Shown: positions 11,888 to 22,318 of the stretch, piece after piece
How positions within the stretch are numbered: position 1 is the first letter of the stretch
Layout of the letters: every line of letters begins with the position of its first letter
Source: an uncultured bacterium
GTDB taxonomy: Bacteria; Cyanobacteriota; Cyanobacteriia; PCC-6307; Cyanobiaceae
NCBI GenBank assembly: GCA_942491175.1
Contig: CALNZO010000012.1
Span: 57,521-121,520 of the forward strand
Length of the DNA stretch: 64,000 nt
Direction: 5' to 3'
The notes under the pieces: generated by a model
The model's input: the letters and a program-made list of their open reading frames with translations, nothing else
Database searches by the model: none
What the model was told of the DNA's origin: nothing
Translations under genes and position numbers: made by a program

Positions 11888-12541
11888 TCAGCCGAGGGCC
11901 TGGTGGATCGAGACGACGCCGAAAGCTACGAACAGACCACCGCTGAGGCGATAGAGCACCCGCTCGCTGATCCTGCCGCCGATCCACTGACCCGCGCCCA
12001 CCGCCAGCCAGGTCACCAGGGCATGGCCGAGCAGCGTGCCGGCCAGCAAGCCGGCGAAGGAGAAGGCCGGGGCTGCCGCCAGAAAGATGGTGGCGAACTG
12101 GGTGCGGTCGCCCAGTTCGGCCAGGAACACCAGAACGAAGGCCTCCCAGACCACCGCGCCGGGACTGCGGACAACCCCATGGCTCTCGGCCGCGTCGATC
12201 GCCACTTCGGCTTCATGGGCCTCTTCCTGGGCCGCATCGATCGGAAGCCCCGCGGCATCGACCAGCAACTTCGCCCCGAACCCCAGGAACAGGACCGCCG
12301 CCAGCCAGGGCACGACCGGCTGGGGGAGCCATTCCCTCAGGCCGAAGCCCATGCCCAGGGACAACAGGGTGACCAGGGTGAGAGCCGCGAAGGCCCCGAT
12401 GAAGACCCAGCGCGGGGGGTGGCGCACCGAAAGGATCAGCGCCATGAAGAATGTCTTGTCCCCCAGCTCGGCCAGGGTGATGGCCGTCAGGCTGGAGCCG
12501 AAGGCGGCCAGACCCGGATCACCGGACGTCGGAAGGGTCAT
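11888..12541 (-). CDS. TMEM165/GDT1 (UPF0016) Mn2+/Ca2+ transporter, Mnx-like
   Basis: Two family motifs, AELGDKT and AELGDRT, with multiple transmembrane segments. Confidence 0.93.
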   Translation of the reverse strand: MTLPTSGDPGLAAFGSSLTAITLAELGDKTFFMALILSVRHPPRWVFIGAFAALTLVTLLSLGMGFGLREWLPQPVVPWLAAVLFLGFGAKLLVDAAGLPIDAAQEEAHEAEVAIDAAESHGVVRSPGAVVWEAFVLVFLAELGDRTQFATIFLAAAPAFSFAGLLAGTLLGHALVTWLAVGAGQWIGGRISERVLYRLSGGLFVAFGVVSIHQALG

Positions 12542-12655
12542 GGGGGGCGTTGGACTCGCCTGTTTCGGCGCGACGGGCCGGGTCCGGCCGCAAGGATCGG
12601 CACTTCCGGGAAAATCAAGACGAAGATTAGGAGCAGGACTTCGGTCTGGGGACGC

Positions 12656-12808
12656 TCAGGCTCCGGCGAACAGCCACGCGATCAACGCCAGCACCAGCCA
12701 GCCCAGCCAGTCCAGATCGAAAAGGGGGGTGGTCAGCCGCACCAGCGGCTCGACCAGCCAGTGGCTGAGGGCGACCGACAACAGCACCAACAGGACGACA
12801 GTCACCAT
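12656..12808 (-). CDS. small membrane protein (50 aa), not in ORF track
   Basis: MVTVVLLVLLSVALSHWLVEPLVRLTTPLFDLDWLGWLVLALIAWLFAGA; ATG overlaps the tsaC stop (TGATG). Confidence 0.7.
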   Translation of the reverse strand: MVTVVLLVLLSVALSHWLVEPLVRLTTPLFDLDWLGWLVLALIAWLFAGA

Positions 12809-13404
12809 CAGGCTCCCCTCCCGCCGTCCGCCGCCTCGACCCCGGAGCGGAGCACCGCCCAGGGATCCCCTTCCCCATCCTCAGGATCGCGCCAGGCCAG
12901 GACGGTGCTGGCCTGGCCGGAACCCTCGGGCCAGGGCAGGGGATCGAGCAGCGCCAGCCCCGGGAACCGGCGTGCTGCCTCGACGGCCGTGGTGGCGGGG
13001 GGCTCACCGGAGCGGTTGGCGCTGGTGGTGGCCAGAGGACCCGTCAGACGCAGAAGCCGCAGGGCCGGGGGGCAGGCCGGCACCCGCAGGCCCAGGCTGG
13101 TACCGCCTGGATGGAGCTGGCCCGTGATCGCCCCGGTGATCGGCAGCACCAGGGTCACGGCCCCGGGCCAGCAGCGCCGGGCCTGATCCAGCCAAGGCTC
13201 CCGCCAGGACACCCCCAGGGCGGCGACCAGCTGGGGCAGGTCGGCCCCCATCAGGATCAGCGGCTTGTCGGCGGGCCTGGCCTTGAGGCGCCAGAGCAGG
13301 GCCGCCGCTTCGGGGCGGGCGGCCAGGGCAGGCAGGGTGTCGGTGGGGAACAGGGTGGCCTCCCCGGCCGCCAGCCGCTCCACCAGCGCCGCGGGGCTGC
13401 TCAT
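12808..13404 (-). CDS. tsaC: L-threonylcarbamoyladenylate synthase (YrdC/Sua5)
   Basis: FPTDTLPAL, KARPADKPLI, WPGAVTLVL, GPLATTSANRSG, ASTVL. Confidence 0.92.
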   Translation of the reverse strand: MSSPAALVERLAAGEATLFPTDTLPALAARPEAAALLWRLKARPADKPLILMGADLPQLVAALGVSWREPWLDQARRCWPGAVTLVLPITGAITGQLHPGGTSLGLRVPACPPALRLLRLTGPLATTSANRSGEPPATTAVEAARRFPGLALLDPLPWPEGSGQASTVLAWRDPEDGEGDPWAVLRSGVEAADGGRGA

Positions 13405-14333
13405 GGATCGAGGGACCGCCAGGCACTGGCAAAGCGGAGCCGGCCTTCCAGATCGGCATGGACGGCGGGTCGCTCCAGTCCGGCGGCGGCCAGGAGCCGG
13501 CCGACCGCCTCGCTCTGATCGTGATGGTGCTCCAGCAGCAGCAGGCCGCCGGGCGCCAGGGAGCGGCGGGCCCCGGCCACCACAGCACGCAGGGCCGTCA
13601 GCCCATCGGGCCCGCCATCCAGGGCCAGCCGAGGTTCGTGGTCTCGGACCACCGGATCAAGCCCGGCCAGGGTGGCGCTCGGGATGTAGGGGGGATTGGC
13701 GACCACCAGATCCAGATGGCCCCAGAGAGGCTCCAGCCCCTGCCACCAGTCACCGGCCAGCAGGGTGACCTGGGGCTGAAGGTTCCAGCGGGCCAGGTTG
13801 GCGCCCACCTGGGCGAGGGCCTCGGGACTGGCATCGAGGGCGAAACCGCGGCTGGCGGGCAGGCTGCGGGCCAGGGCGATGGCCAGACAGCCGGAGCCGG
13901 TGCCCAGATCGGCCCAGCAGGCAACGGGGCGGTCGGGCGGCCACAGGGAGAGGGCCAGATCCACCAGCACTTCCGTTTCCTGCCGAGGGATCAGCACCCC
14001 GGGCCCGACGGGCACCTCCAGGTCACGCCAGGGACAGCGGCCCACCAGATACTGCAGCGGCTCGTGGGTGTCCAGGTGACGGCGCCAGAGCGCCTCCAGC
14101 GCCTCCAGCGAACACTCCAGGCGGACCACGGACTTCGGATGGCTCCAGAGTGCCTGGAGCCTGCTCCAGCGCAGGCCGCCGCCCAGATCAAGCAGCCAGT
14201 CGAAGGCGGCGGGAGAACCGCCCAGATCGAGCATGCTGCGCCGCCAGCGAAGCAGGCGATCGGCCTCGATCGGACCGGGGGCAGGAGCCGCCGCAGGCCC
14301 GGGGAAAGGGACGATGCCGGCAGGAGAAATCAT
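13401..14333 (-). CDS. prmC: release factor glutamine methyltransferase
   Basis: EPLQYLVG, VLIPRQETE, DLGTGSGC, NPPY, EPRLALDGGPDG. Confidence 0.96.
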   Translation of the reverse strand: MISPAGIVPFPGPAAAPAPGPIEADRLLRWRRSMLDLGGSPAAFDWLLDLGGGLRWSRLQALWSHPKSVVRLECSLEALEALWRRHLDTHEPLQYLVGRCPWRDLEVPVGPGVLIPRQETEVLVDLALSLWPPDRPVACWADLGTGSGCLAIALARSLPASRGFALDASPEALAQVGANLARWNLQPQVTLLAGDWWQGLEPLWGHLDLVVANPPYIPSATLAGLDPVVRDHEPRLALDGGPDGLTALRAVVAGARRSLAPGGLLLLEHHHDQSEAVGRLLAAAGLERPAVHADLEGRLRFASAWRSLDP

Positions 14334-14414
14334 GGTCGGAGCCTAATCAGGGCCGGCCCCATCAGGGCTGCGGTGGCGGCCGGGCCCCGGTGGGCCTGTC
14401 CCGGAGAAGGCGCG

Positions 14415-15600
14415 TCAGCAGGGGCGCCAGCAGAGGCCGGCCTCGGCGTGCAGCAGACCGGCCAGCTCGAGCTCCAGCAGCCGGGGGATCAACTCCCCCG
14501 GCGGACGGGCCAGGGCCAGGCTCAACTGCTCGAGGCTGGCCCCACCCCCCACAGCCCCCAGCAGCAGATCGGCTTCGGTCCCCAGGGACGCACCGACGGA
14601 GCCCCCCCGGGCCCCCCGCCCGGCCAGGGGGCCCGGGCCCAGCTGGTCGATCAGATCGTCTGGGAGGAGCAGGGGGGTGGCTCCCCGGGCCAGCAGCCGG
14701 TTGCTGCCGAAGGCCGAGGCCCTGCCGGCATCGGCCGGCACCGCCCAGAGCGGCAGCTCCTGCTGCCAGGCCAGTTCGGCCGAAAGGAGCGCTCCACTGG
14801 CAACCGGACACTCCACCACCACGACAGCGGCGGCCAGAGCGACCTGAAGACGGTTGCGGGCGGCGAAGCTGCCGCCACGCACGGCGCTGCCTTCCGGCAG
14901 CTCGCTGAGGAGCAGCCCTTCCTGGCCCACCTGAGCCTGCAGCGCCGCGTGGTGGCGTGGATAGACCCGCTCCAGTGGGGTGCCGAGCACACCCACCGGG
15001 AAACCGCCGGCCGCCAGACACCCCTCATGGGCGGCCCCATCGATGCCCTCCGCCAGGCCACTGAGCACAGGCCAGCCGGCATCCGCCAGGGCGGCGCCGA
15101 TGGCGCGGGCCATCGACAGGCCGTGAAGCGAGGGGCGCCGGGTGCCCACCACCGCCACCGACCGGCGACGGCCAAGATGGGGCCAGAGGCTGCCCTGCCC
15201 CAGCCAGCACAGCTGCAGAGGCGGGCGCTGCAGCTGCTGCAGTCCCGCAGGCCAGCCCGGATCCCCGGGCACCAGCACACCCCGGCCGAAGCGACAGCGA
15301 CGGGCGAAGGCCTCCAGAGGCCGTGGCCCCCAGCACCGGCGATGCCGTTCCACCGCCCTCACCAGCCCCTCCCCCAGACCCGGGACCGCCGCCAGCACGG
15401 CCCCGGGGCCTCCCAGGCCTCCGCCAGGCCGCCGCAGTGAGCCTCGAGGGCCCGGAGCCGGCGCCAGCCGAGGCCTGGACAACGGCTCCAGAGCAACCAC
15501 CAGAGGCGCCGGTTCCGATCCCAGCCCCGACCCCGCCGAACTGCGCGTCGACAGGAAGGCCAGGGGCGGCGGGAAAGGAACCCTGCAGCAGATCACCCAT
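14415..15600 (-). pseudogene. dprA: DNA-processing protein DprA, frameshifted near 15401-15408 (real or sequencing error)
   Basis: Core motifs VAVVGTR, SGLAEGIDGAAHEG, FAARNRL, SGALLSA in one frame; DprA-like N-terminal block RRLWWLLWSRCPGLGW...AEAWEAP lies in another frame. Confidence 0.85.
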
Positions 15601-15624
15601 CGCCCCACCCCCCATCTGCAAGTC

Positions 15625-15638
15625 AGTACAAATGTACT
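15625..15638. promoter_or_regulatory. cyanobacterial LexA (SOS) box
   Basis: Palindrome AGTAC-AAAT-GTACT matching the cyanobacterial LexA consensus AGTAC-N4-GTACT, directly upstream of dprA in a very GC-rich context. Confidence 0.8.
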
Positions 15639-16116
15639 ATGGGCGAATCCCGCTTGCGGGTGGGCCCGAGCTCAGAATCGCCAGCGCCCGCTCCAGCTCC
15701 GCCGGCAGGCGCCGCACCAGCCGGCGCCGGGACGGCCCCCCGGAGAGATCCACCAGCACCAGGTCCACCCGCGCCTCAGCCGCCATCGCCCCGTCCGGGG
15801 CGATGAACTGACTGCGCCAGGTGAGTTTCAGCCCCTGGCGCGGCATCACCCGGCTGCGCAGCTCCACCCGATCCCCATGGAGCAGGGCCTGGCGGTAATC
15901 CATGTGCAGCCCCACCACCGGCAGCTCCAGGCCCCTCGCCGAGAGGGTGCTGTAGGCCAGCCCCGCTTCGGCGAGCGCCTCGACCCGGGCCTCCTCCAGC
16001 CAGGCGAGATAGGCCCCATGCCACATCACACCCGCATGGTCGGTGTGCTGGGGCAGCACCCGACGCCGCAGGCGCCACCAGGTCCCTTCCTGTGGCTGCA
16101 TCACGGTCTTCACCAT
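15637..16116 (-). CDS. acyl-CoA thioesterase (YbgC/4HBT hot-dog family)
   Basis: VLPQHTDHAGVMWHGAYLAWLEEARVE motif. Confidence 0.9.
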   Translation of the reverse strand: MVKTVMQPQEGTWWRLRRRVLPQHTDHAGVMWHGAYLAWLEEARVEALAEAGLAYSTLSARGLELPVVGLHMDYRQALLHGDRVELRSRVMPRQGLKLTWRSQFIAPDGAMAAEARVDLVLVDLSGGPSRRRLVRRLPAELERALAILSSGPPASGIRP

Positions 16117-16167
16117 GGGGGGATTCCGCAACGGAGTTCAGCCATAGGCTGATTCCGAGCGACCGTG

Positions 16168-17025
16168 ATGTCCGTGTTCCGCAACCTGTTGATCGCCGAT
16201 TCCGGCAAGGGCCATGTGGAGGAGATGGTGCGCATGCTGCGCCACATCCCCCCCTGCCGGCAGGCCCGTCTCAATCTGCTGCATGTGATCACCGAGCAGG
16301 GGGGGCTTGATCTGGAAGACCACCGCCAGCGGGCCGAAGGGCTGGTGAAGGAGGCGGTCGCTCGGCTCGGCCTCCAGACCGCCGATGTCAACATCGTGGT
16401 GCGGGAAGGGGACACCAAGCAGACCGTGCTCAAGGTGGCGGAGGAGCTTGATGCCGACCTGATCGTGATGGGCTCGCGCGGTCTGGGAAGGCTGCAGTCG
16501 ATCCTCAGCAACAGCGCCAGTCAGTACGTCTTCCAGCTGTCCACCAGGCCCATGCTGCTGGTGCGCGACGACCTCTACATCCGGGCCCTGAACCGGGTGC
16601 TGGTGGCCATCGACGGCACCGGGGTGGGTGACGACGCCCTGCGGCTGGCCTGCGAACTGGTCCAGGGGATCCCAGGCGGCAGCCTCACCGGCGTTCACGT
16701 CACCCGCCAGGACATCACCCCTTCCCGTGGAGGCCGGAGCCCCGCCGACCAGGTCCTGGACAAGGCCATTCACCGGGCACGCAGCTTCGGGGTGGAGATG
16801 AAGCCCCTGCATCGCACCGGCGACATCGGCCGCACCGTCTGTGCCACCGCCGAGGAGATGCAGGCGGATCTGGTGGTGATCGCCTCCCAGGACCGCCGCC
16901 CTCTGGTGGCCAAGGCTCTGGTGGATCTGGACCGACTGCTGGGCAGCTCGGTGAGTGACTACATCCGGGTGCATGCCCCGGCGCCGGTGCTGCTGGTGCG
17001 GGAGCCGGAGGGGCGCACCCGCTGA
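16168..17025 (+). CDS. universal stress protein (two USP domains)
   Basis: DLIVMGSRGLG, RVLVAIDG, LLGSSVSDYIRVHAPAPVLLVR. Confidence 0.93.
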   Translation: MSVFRNLLIADSGKGHVEEMVRMLRHIPPCRQARLNLLHVITEQGGLDLEDHRQRAEGLVKEAVARLGLQTADVNIVVREGDTKQTVLKVAEELDADLIVMGSRGLGRLQSILSNSASQYVFQLSTRPMLLVRDDLYIRALNRVLVAIDGTGVGDDALRLACELVQGIPGGSLTGVHVTRQDITPSRGGRSPADQVLDKAIHRARSFGVEMKPLHRTGDIGRTVCATAEEMQADLVVIASQDRRPLVAKALVDLDRLLGSSVSDYIRVHAPAPVLLVREPEGRTR

Positions 17026-17032
17026 GGTGGGC

Positions 17033-17140
17033 TCAGCCGCCCTGGCGGCTGTTGGTCTGGATGTAGAGGATGATCAGAAAAACGGCGGGAACCAGAACGA
17101 ACAGAAGGCTGGCAACGAAGCCGAGGTCGTTGGTTTCCAT
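17033..17140 (-). CDS. psbM: photosystem II protein M (not in ORF track)
   Basis: [35 protein letters not shown], 35 aa. Confidence 0.97.
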   Translation of the reverse strand: METNDLGFVASLLFVLVPAVFLIILYIQTNSRQGG

Positions 17141-17167
17141 GGCTGCTGGTGAGGTTCTGAGAACGTA

Positions 17168-17698
17168 TCACCGCCCATCGGTGGGAACGGCGCCCCCTTC
17201 ATCGCTCGTTGTGGATGGTGACGCGGCCGGGGAGGAGGCTTCCCCGGCAGGTCGCTCGGCGTCAGCAGCACCCGTCCCGGCATCCGCGTCGGATTCAGGG
17301 TCCGCTGGGGGCGGAACCGGCCAGGCGGTGGGTCCTTCCGGCAGGGGCTGGCTGCGGGACAGGGCCAGGGCGCTTTCCCGGTCGCCGAGGCCCACCTGGG
17401 GCCGGGTGACCACCAGCAAGGATTTCTGCACCAGGGCCTGACAGGCCAGCCGCCAGGACTGGGGCCGCCGTTTCAGCTTCTGCAGCTCCACCCCGGTGAG
17501 CTCGCTGAGGGCGTTGTCGGCACCACCCTCCACCACCTCCACGAAACAGGTGATGCACTGCCCGCAGCCACCGCAGTTGCCCAGCCGGCCCTTGAGGCCA
17601 TAAAGCTCGATCCCTTCCCTCAGGGCCACCTCGCGGAGGTTCTCCCCCGGATAGCACTCCACGTCGCGCTGCTCACGCACGAAACGGATCACGGGCAT
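17168..17698 (-). CDS. 2Fe-2S ferredoxin-like protein
   Basis: [25 protein letters not shown]; acidic tail; start at ATG 17698. Confidence 0.9.
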   Translation of the reverse strand: MPVIRFVREQRDVECYPGENLREVALREGIELYGLKGRLGNCGGCGQCITCFVEVVEGGADNALSELTGVELQKLKRRPQSWRLACQALVQKSLLVVTRPQVGLGDRESALALSRSQPLPEGPTAWPVPPPADPESDADAGTGAADAERPAGEASSPAASPSTTSDEGGAVPTDGR

Positions 17699-17892
17699 GT
17701 GACGAAGCCTCTCAGGAGAAGAAGGGCTTCCATTGTGAGACGCGCCGTTGCGCTCCGTTACCTGGACCCCCGTGGCGCTGCCCGCAACCCTTACCATCGC
17801 CAGCACGGATCGGTAATCCGCCGATCGTCCCCTTAGCCGCCATCGCCCCGGCGAACGGCTTCGGCAACTGTCAACCCAGACCTGACCCCCCA

Positions 17893-19452
17893 ATGGGATT
17901 GCCCTGGTACCGGGTGCACACGGTCGTCATCAACGACCCGGGCCGATTGCTGGCCGTGCACCTCATGCACACCGCCCTGGTAGCCGGCTGGGCCGGCTCC
18001 ATGGCGCTCTATGAGCTCGCGATCTTCGACCCCTCCGACCCGGTCCTCAACCCGATGTGGCGCCAGGGCATGTTCGTCATGCCCTTCATGGCCCGCCTCG
18101 GTGTCACAGGCAGCTGGGGAGGCTGGAGCGTCACCGGTGAGACCGGCGTCGACCCCGGCTTCTGGAGCTTCGAGGGCGTGGCCGCCGCCCACATCGTCTT
18201 CAGTGGCCTGCTCTTCCTTGCCGCCATCTGGCACTGGACCTACTGGGATCTCGAGATCTGGCAGGACCCCCGTTCCGGCGAGCCGGCCCTCGATCTCCCC
18301 AAGATCTTCGGCATCCACCTGCTGCTGGCAGGCCTGGGCTGCTTCGGTTTCGGAGCCTTCCACCTCACCGGGGTCTTCGGACCGGGGATGTGGGTCTCCG
18401 ATCCCTACAGCCTCACAGGCCACCTCGAACCGGTGCAGCCCGCCTGGGGACCTGAAGGCTTCAACCCCTTCAACCCGGGCGGGATCGTGGCGCACCACAT
18501 CGCCGCAGGCATCGTCGGCATCATCGCCGGCATCTTCCACATCACCACCCGTCCGCCGGAACGCCTCTACAAGGCCCTTCGGATGGGGAACATCGAAACC
18601 GTCCTGGCCAGCGCCATCGCGGCCGTCTTCTTCGCGGCCTTCATCGTGGCCGGCACCATGTGGTATGGCTCGGCGGCCACCCCCGTGGAGCTGTTCGGAC
18701 CCACCCGCTACCAGTGGGATCAGAACTACTTCAAGACGGAGATCAACCGTCGCGTCCAGACCGCCATTGACAACGGCGCCACCAAGGAGGAGGCCTATGC
18801 GGCCATCCCCGAGAAGCTCGCCTTCTTCGACTATGTCGGCAACAGCCCCGCCAAGGGAGGCCTGTTCCGCGTCGGTCCGATGATCAACGGTGACGGCCTG
18901 CCCACCGCCTGGATCGGCCACATCTCCTTCACCGACAAGGAAGGTCACGATCTCGAAGTGAGGCGTCTGCCCAACTTCTTCGAGAATTTCCCGGTGGTCC
19001 TTCAGGACCAGCAGGGCATCGTCCGCGCCGACATCCCCTTCCGGCGGGCCGAGGCGAAGTACTCCTTCGAGCAACAGGGTGTGACGGCCACCGTCTACGG
19101 CGGTGCCCTCAACGGCCAGACCTTCACCGATCCGGCCGACGTCAAGCGTCTGGCCCGGAAGGCCCAGCTTGGCGAGGCCTTCGAGTTCGACAGGGAGACC
19201 TACCACTCCGACGGCACCTTCCGCAGCTCCCCCCGCGGATGGTTCACCTTCGGCCATGCCTGCTTCGCTCTGCTCTTCTTCTTCGGCCACATCTGGCACG
19301 GTGCCCGCACCCTCTACCGTGATGTCTTCGCCGGCATCGATCCCGATCTCGGTGAGCAGGTGGAGTTCGGTCTGTTCGCCAAGCTGGGCGACCGCTCCAC
19401 CCGCCGCCTGCCGGAGGGCTACGTGCCCCCGGCCGGTTCCACCCTCAGCTGA
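17893..19452 (+). CDS. psbB: photosystem II CP47
   Basis: [19 protein letters not shown]...[10 protein letters not shown]. Confidence 0.99.
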   Translation: MGLPWYRVHTVVINDPGRLLAVHLMHTALVAGWAGSMALYELAIFDPSDPVLNPMWRQGMFVMPFMARLGVTGSWGGWSVTGETGVDPGFWSFEGVAAAHIVFSGLLFLAAIWHWTYWDLEIWQDPRSGEPALDLPKIFGIHLLLAGLGCFGFGAFHLTGVFGPGMWVSDPYSLTGHLEPVQPAWGPEGFNPFNPGGIVAHHIAAGIVGIIAGIFHITTRPPERLYKALRMGNIETVLASAIAAVFFAAFIVAGTMWYGSAATPVELFGPTRYQWDQNYFKTEINRRVQTAIDNGATKEEAYAAIPEKLAFFDYVGNSPAKGGLFRVGPMINGDGLPTAWIGHISFTDKEGHDLEVRRLPNFFENFPVVLQDQQGIVRADIPFRRAEAKYSFEQQGVTATVYGGALNGQTFTDPADVKRLARKAQLGEAFEFDRETYHSDGTFRSSPRGWFTFGHACFALLFFFGHIWHGARTLYRDVFAGIDPDLGEQVEFGLFAKLGDRSTRRLPEGYVPPAGSTLS

Positions 19453-19476
19453 CCGCCAGTCCCCCCGAGGATTCCC

Positions 19477-19572
19477 ATGGAGAGCTTCGCTTACATCCTG
19501 ATCCTGGCCCTGGCCATTTCCACCCTGTTTTTTGCGATCGCCTTCCGCGATCCGCCGAAAATCGGCAAGTGA
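19477..19572 (+). CDS. psbT: photosystem II protein T (not in ORF track)
   Basis: [38 protein letters not shown], downstream of psbB. Confidence 0.97.
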   Translation: MESFAYILILALAISTLFFAIAFRDPPKIGK

Positions 19573-19592
19573 CCTGCCTTTCAGACCGATCC

Positions 19593-19618
19593 AACCCCTG
19601 GGAAACCAGGGGTTTTTT
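19593..19618 (+). terminator. intrinsic terminator after psbBT
   Basis: AACCCCTGG-GAAA-CCAGGGGTT followed by TTTT. Confidence 0.85.
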
Positions 19619-19705
19619 CATGCCGACAGGGCCTTCTGCGGAGGTGGCCCTTCTCTTTGTGCGGACATCTGCCTACACTCGTACCACCAGCAAGCGTGCC
19701 CGGGG

Positions 19706-20191
19706 ATGCAATGTCCCTCCTGCCAACACACAGATAGCCGGGTGCTGGAGTCGCGGGCTGCCGATTCCGGGCGCAGCGTGCGCCGGCGGCGGGAATGCCT
19801 CAATTGCGACTTTCGCTTCACCACCTACGAACGGGTGGAGACCATTCCGATCACCGTCATCAAGCGCAACAGCAGCCGCGAAGCCTTCAATCGCAGCAAA
19901 CTCCTGCACGGCCTGCTCAGGGCCTGCGAGAAGACGGGTCTGGAGCCGGCACGGCTTGAGGCTGTCGTCGACGACATCGAACTTGCCCTCCAGCAGCGTG
20001 CCGGTCGCGAAGTGAGCAGCAACGAGATCGGCGAGCTGGTGCTGCAGCGGCTGCGTGAGATGAGCGAAGTGGCCTACGTGCGCTTCGCTTCCGTCTACCG
20101 CCAGTTCCAGAGCGTCAGCGATTTCGTCGCCACCCTCGAGGGCCTGGGCAACCGGGGCAAGGCCAAAGGGCGTCTGGCGGTGATCGGCTGA
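19706..20191 (+). CDS. nrdR: transcriptional repressor NrdR
   Basis: [31 protein letters not shown] cone, [10 protein letters not shown]. Confidence 0.98.
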   Translation: MQCPSCQHTDSRVLESRAADSGRSVRRRRECLNCDFRFTTYERVETIPITVIKRNSSREAFNRSKLLHGLLRACEKTGLEPARLEAVVDDIELALQQRAGREVSSNEIGELVLQRLREMSEVAYVRFASVYRQFQSVSDFVATLEGLGNRGKAKGRLAVIG

Positions 20192-20316
20192 GAGCGGCAG
20201 GCCATCGGCCAGCAGATCGTCTGCACGTCCAGGGTTAGAGTGTCAGATCGGGTGTGCGCTGCAGGCGGCAGTCATCCCGTTCCTTCGCACTGCCACCGGC
20301 AGACCGCCCCAGCTCC

Positions 20317-21417
20317 ATGACCATCACACCTTCTTCCGAAGCCGACACCCTCGACACCGTCACTGACGCGGCCACCGAGGTCGTCAAGGACGCCATCAGC
20401 GAGGAGACCAGCGACGGCGAAAACGCCGCTGAACTCGATCTGGCGATCCCGGAAGAGGTACCCAGCGCCGACGACTCCAGCAGCAGGGCCAATGTCCGCG
20501 ACGGCGACGTCGTCGGCTTCACCCTGGACGAGTTCGCGGCCCTGCTCAGCAAGTACGACTACAACTTCAAGCCCGGCGACGTCGTCAACGGCACGGTGTT
20601 CGCCCTCGAGTCGAAGGGCGCCATGATCGACATCGGCGCCAAGACCGCTGCTTTCATGCCCCTGCAGGAGGTCTCGATCAACCGCGTCGAGCACCTCTCC
20701 GACGTGCTCGAGCCCGGCGAGATCCGTGAATTCTTCATCCTCAGCGAGGAGAACGAGGACGGCCAGCTCACCCTGTCGGTGCGCCGCATCGAATACCAGC
20801 GCGCCTGGGAACGGGTGCGCCAGCTCCAGAAGGAGGACGCCACCATCTACAGCGAGGTGTTCGCCACCAACCGGGGCGGTGCCCTTGTGCGGGTGGAAGG
20901 TCTGCGGGGCTTCATCCCCGGCAGCCACATCAGCACCCGAAAGGCCAAGGAGGAACTGGTCGCCGACTTCCTCCCCCTCAAGTTTCTCGAGGTGGACGAA
21001 GAGCGCAACCGCCTGGTGCTGAGCCATCGCCGAGCCCTGGTGGAGCGCAAGATGAATCGCCTCGAGGTGGGTGAGGTGGTCCTGGGCACCGTCCGAGGAA
21101 TCAAGCCCTACGGCGCCTTCATCGACATCGGAGGTGTCAGCGGCCTGCTGCACATTTCCGAGATCAGCCACGAGCACATCGAGACTCCCCACACCGTGCT
21201 CAATGTCAACGATCAGATGAAGGTGATGATCATCGATCTCGACGCCGAAAGGGGCCGGATCTCCCTGTCCACCAAGGCTCTCGAGCCGGAGCCGGGCGAC
21301 ATGCTCAGCGATCCCCAGAAGGTGTTCGACAAGGCCGAGGAAATGGCCGCCCGCTACAAGCAGATGTTGCTGGAGCAGGCCGAGGATACCGAGCCCATGG
21401 GCGTCACCCTCGAATGA
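20317..21417 (+). CDS. rpsA: 30S ribosomal protein S1 (three-domain cyanobacterial type)
   Basis: IDIGAKTAAF, NRGGALVRVEGLRGFIPGSH, YGAFIDIGGVSGLLHISEIS. Confidence 0.97.
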   Translation: MTITPSSEADTLDTVTDAATEVVKDAISEETSDGENAAELDLAIPEEVPSADDSSSRANVRDGDVVGFTLDEFAALLSKYDYNFKPGDVVNGTVFALESKGAMIDIGAKTAAFMPLQEVSINRVEHLSDVLEPGEIREFFILSEENEDGQLTLSVRRIEYQRAWERVRQLQKEDATIYSEVFATNRGGALVRVEGLRGFIPGSHISTRKAKEELVADFLPLKFLEVDEERNRLVLSHRRALVERKMNRLEVGEVVLGTVRGIKPYGAFIDIGGVSGLLHISEISHEHIETPHTVLNVNDQMKVMIIDLDAERGRISLSTKALEPEPGDMLSDPQKVFDKAEEMAARYKQMLLEQAEDTEPMGVTLE

Positions 21418-21442
21418 AGCCCTCAGCCGCCCCGCTCTGAGG

Positions 21443-22306
21443 ATGGTGCACCTCTCCCTGCGGGGGACACCCCTCCCCTGCCGCAACGGCCCCCTGGCCG
21501 CGGTGCTGTTCGACAAGGACGGCACCATCAGCCACAGCGAACCGATGCTCATCGCCCTGGCCCAGGCCAGGGTCTTTCACTGTCTGGACCTGGCCGACCT
21601 GGCCGTTCGCTCCCCGGAACGGCATCGCACCCTGGCCGACCTTCTCCATCGCGCCTACGGCCTCTCCAGCGAAGGTGTCCACCCGGGCGGAACCACGGCG
21701 GTGGCCAGCCGCGACCACAACCTGGTGGCCACCGCCACCGCCCTGGCGCAGGTGGGGCTGGGCTGGCCCGAAGCCCTGTCCACGGCCGAAACTGTCTTCG
21801 CCCGCACCGACGCCCTTCACGGCCAGGGAAGCGAACGGCGACCGGCCCTCACCCCCGGACTGCGCCCGTTGCTCGAGGCCCTGCATCAGGCGGAGGTTCG
21901 CTGCGCCGTGATCAGCAACGACCATGTGGAGGGCATCGAAGGCTTCCTGGAGGCCCATGGGCTGGAACCCTTCGTGCAGGCCATCTGGAGTGCCGAGCAT
22001 CAGCCCAGGAAACCGGATCCCGCCGCCGTGCACGGCCTCTGCAGCGAACTGGGCGTGGCGGCGGCGAACTGCGCCCTGATCGGCGATGCCAACAGCGACC
22101 TCCGCATGGCCCGGGCCGCCGGTGTGCCTGTGGTGCTCGGCTACCGGGCCGGCTGGCAAAGGCGGGCCGAGCTCGATGGCTCCTTTCCCCAGCTGGATCA
22201 CTGGCAGGAACTTGCGGTGATCCGAGGGGCGGCAACGCCGCCGGACCGTCCGTCCATGCCCCCTGGGGACGATCGAGTTGTGGGAATAAGCTCAGCCATC
22301 GATTGA
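21443..22306 (+). CDS. HAD-family hydrolase
   Basis: LFDKDGT, KPDP and IGDANSDL motifs. Confidence 0.9.
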   Translation: MVHLSLRGTPLPCRNGPLAAVLFDKDGTISHSEPMLIALAQARVFHCLDLADLAVRSPERHRTLADLLHRAYGLSSEGVHPGGTTAVASRDHNLVATATALAQVGLGWPEALSTAETVFARTDALHGQGSERRPALTPGLRPLLEALHQAEVRCAVISNDHVEGIEGFLEAHGLEPFVQAIWSAEHQPRKPDPAAVHGLCSELGVAAANCALIGDANSDLRMARAAGVPVVLGYRAGWQRRAELDGSFPQLDHWQELAVIRGAATPPDRPSMPPGDDRVVGISSAID

Positions 22307-22318
22307 TCGCATCCACCC

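Noticed and set aside
12542-12655. Possible yybP-ykoY manganese riboswitch upstream of the TMEM165/GDT1 gene
   Set aside because: The GC-rich stem is present, but I could not find the conserved GGGGAGUA and CGUC/AAUAC-type elements by eye; an Rfam scan would settle it.
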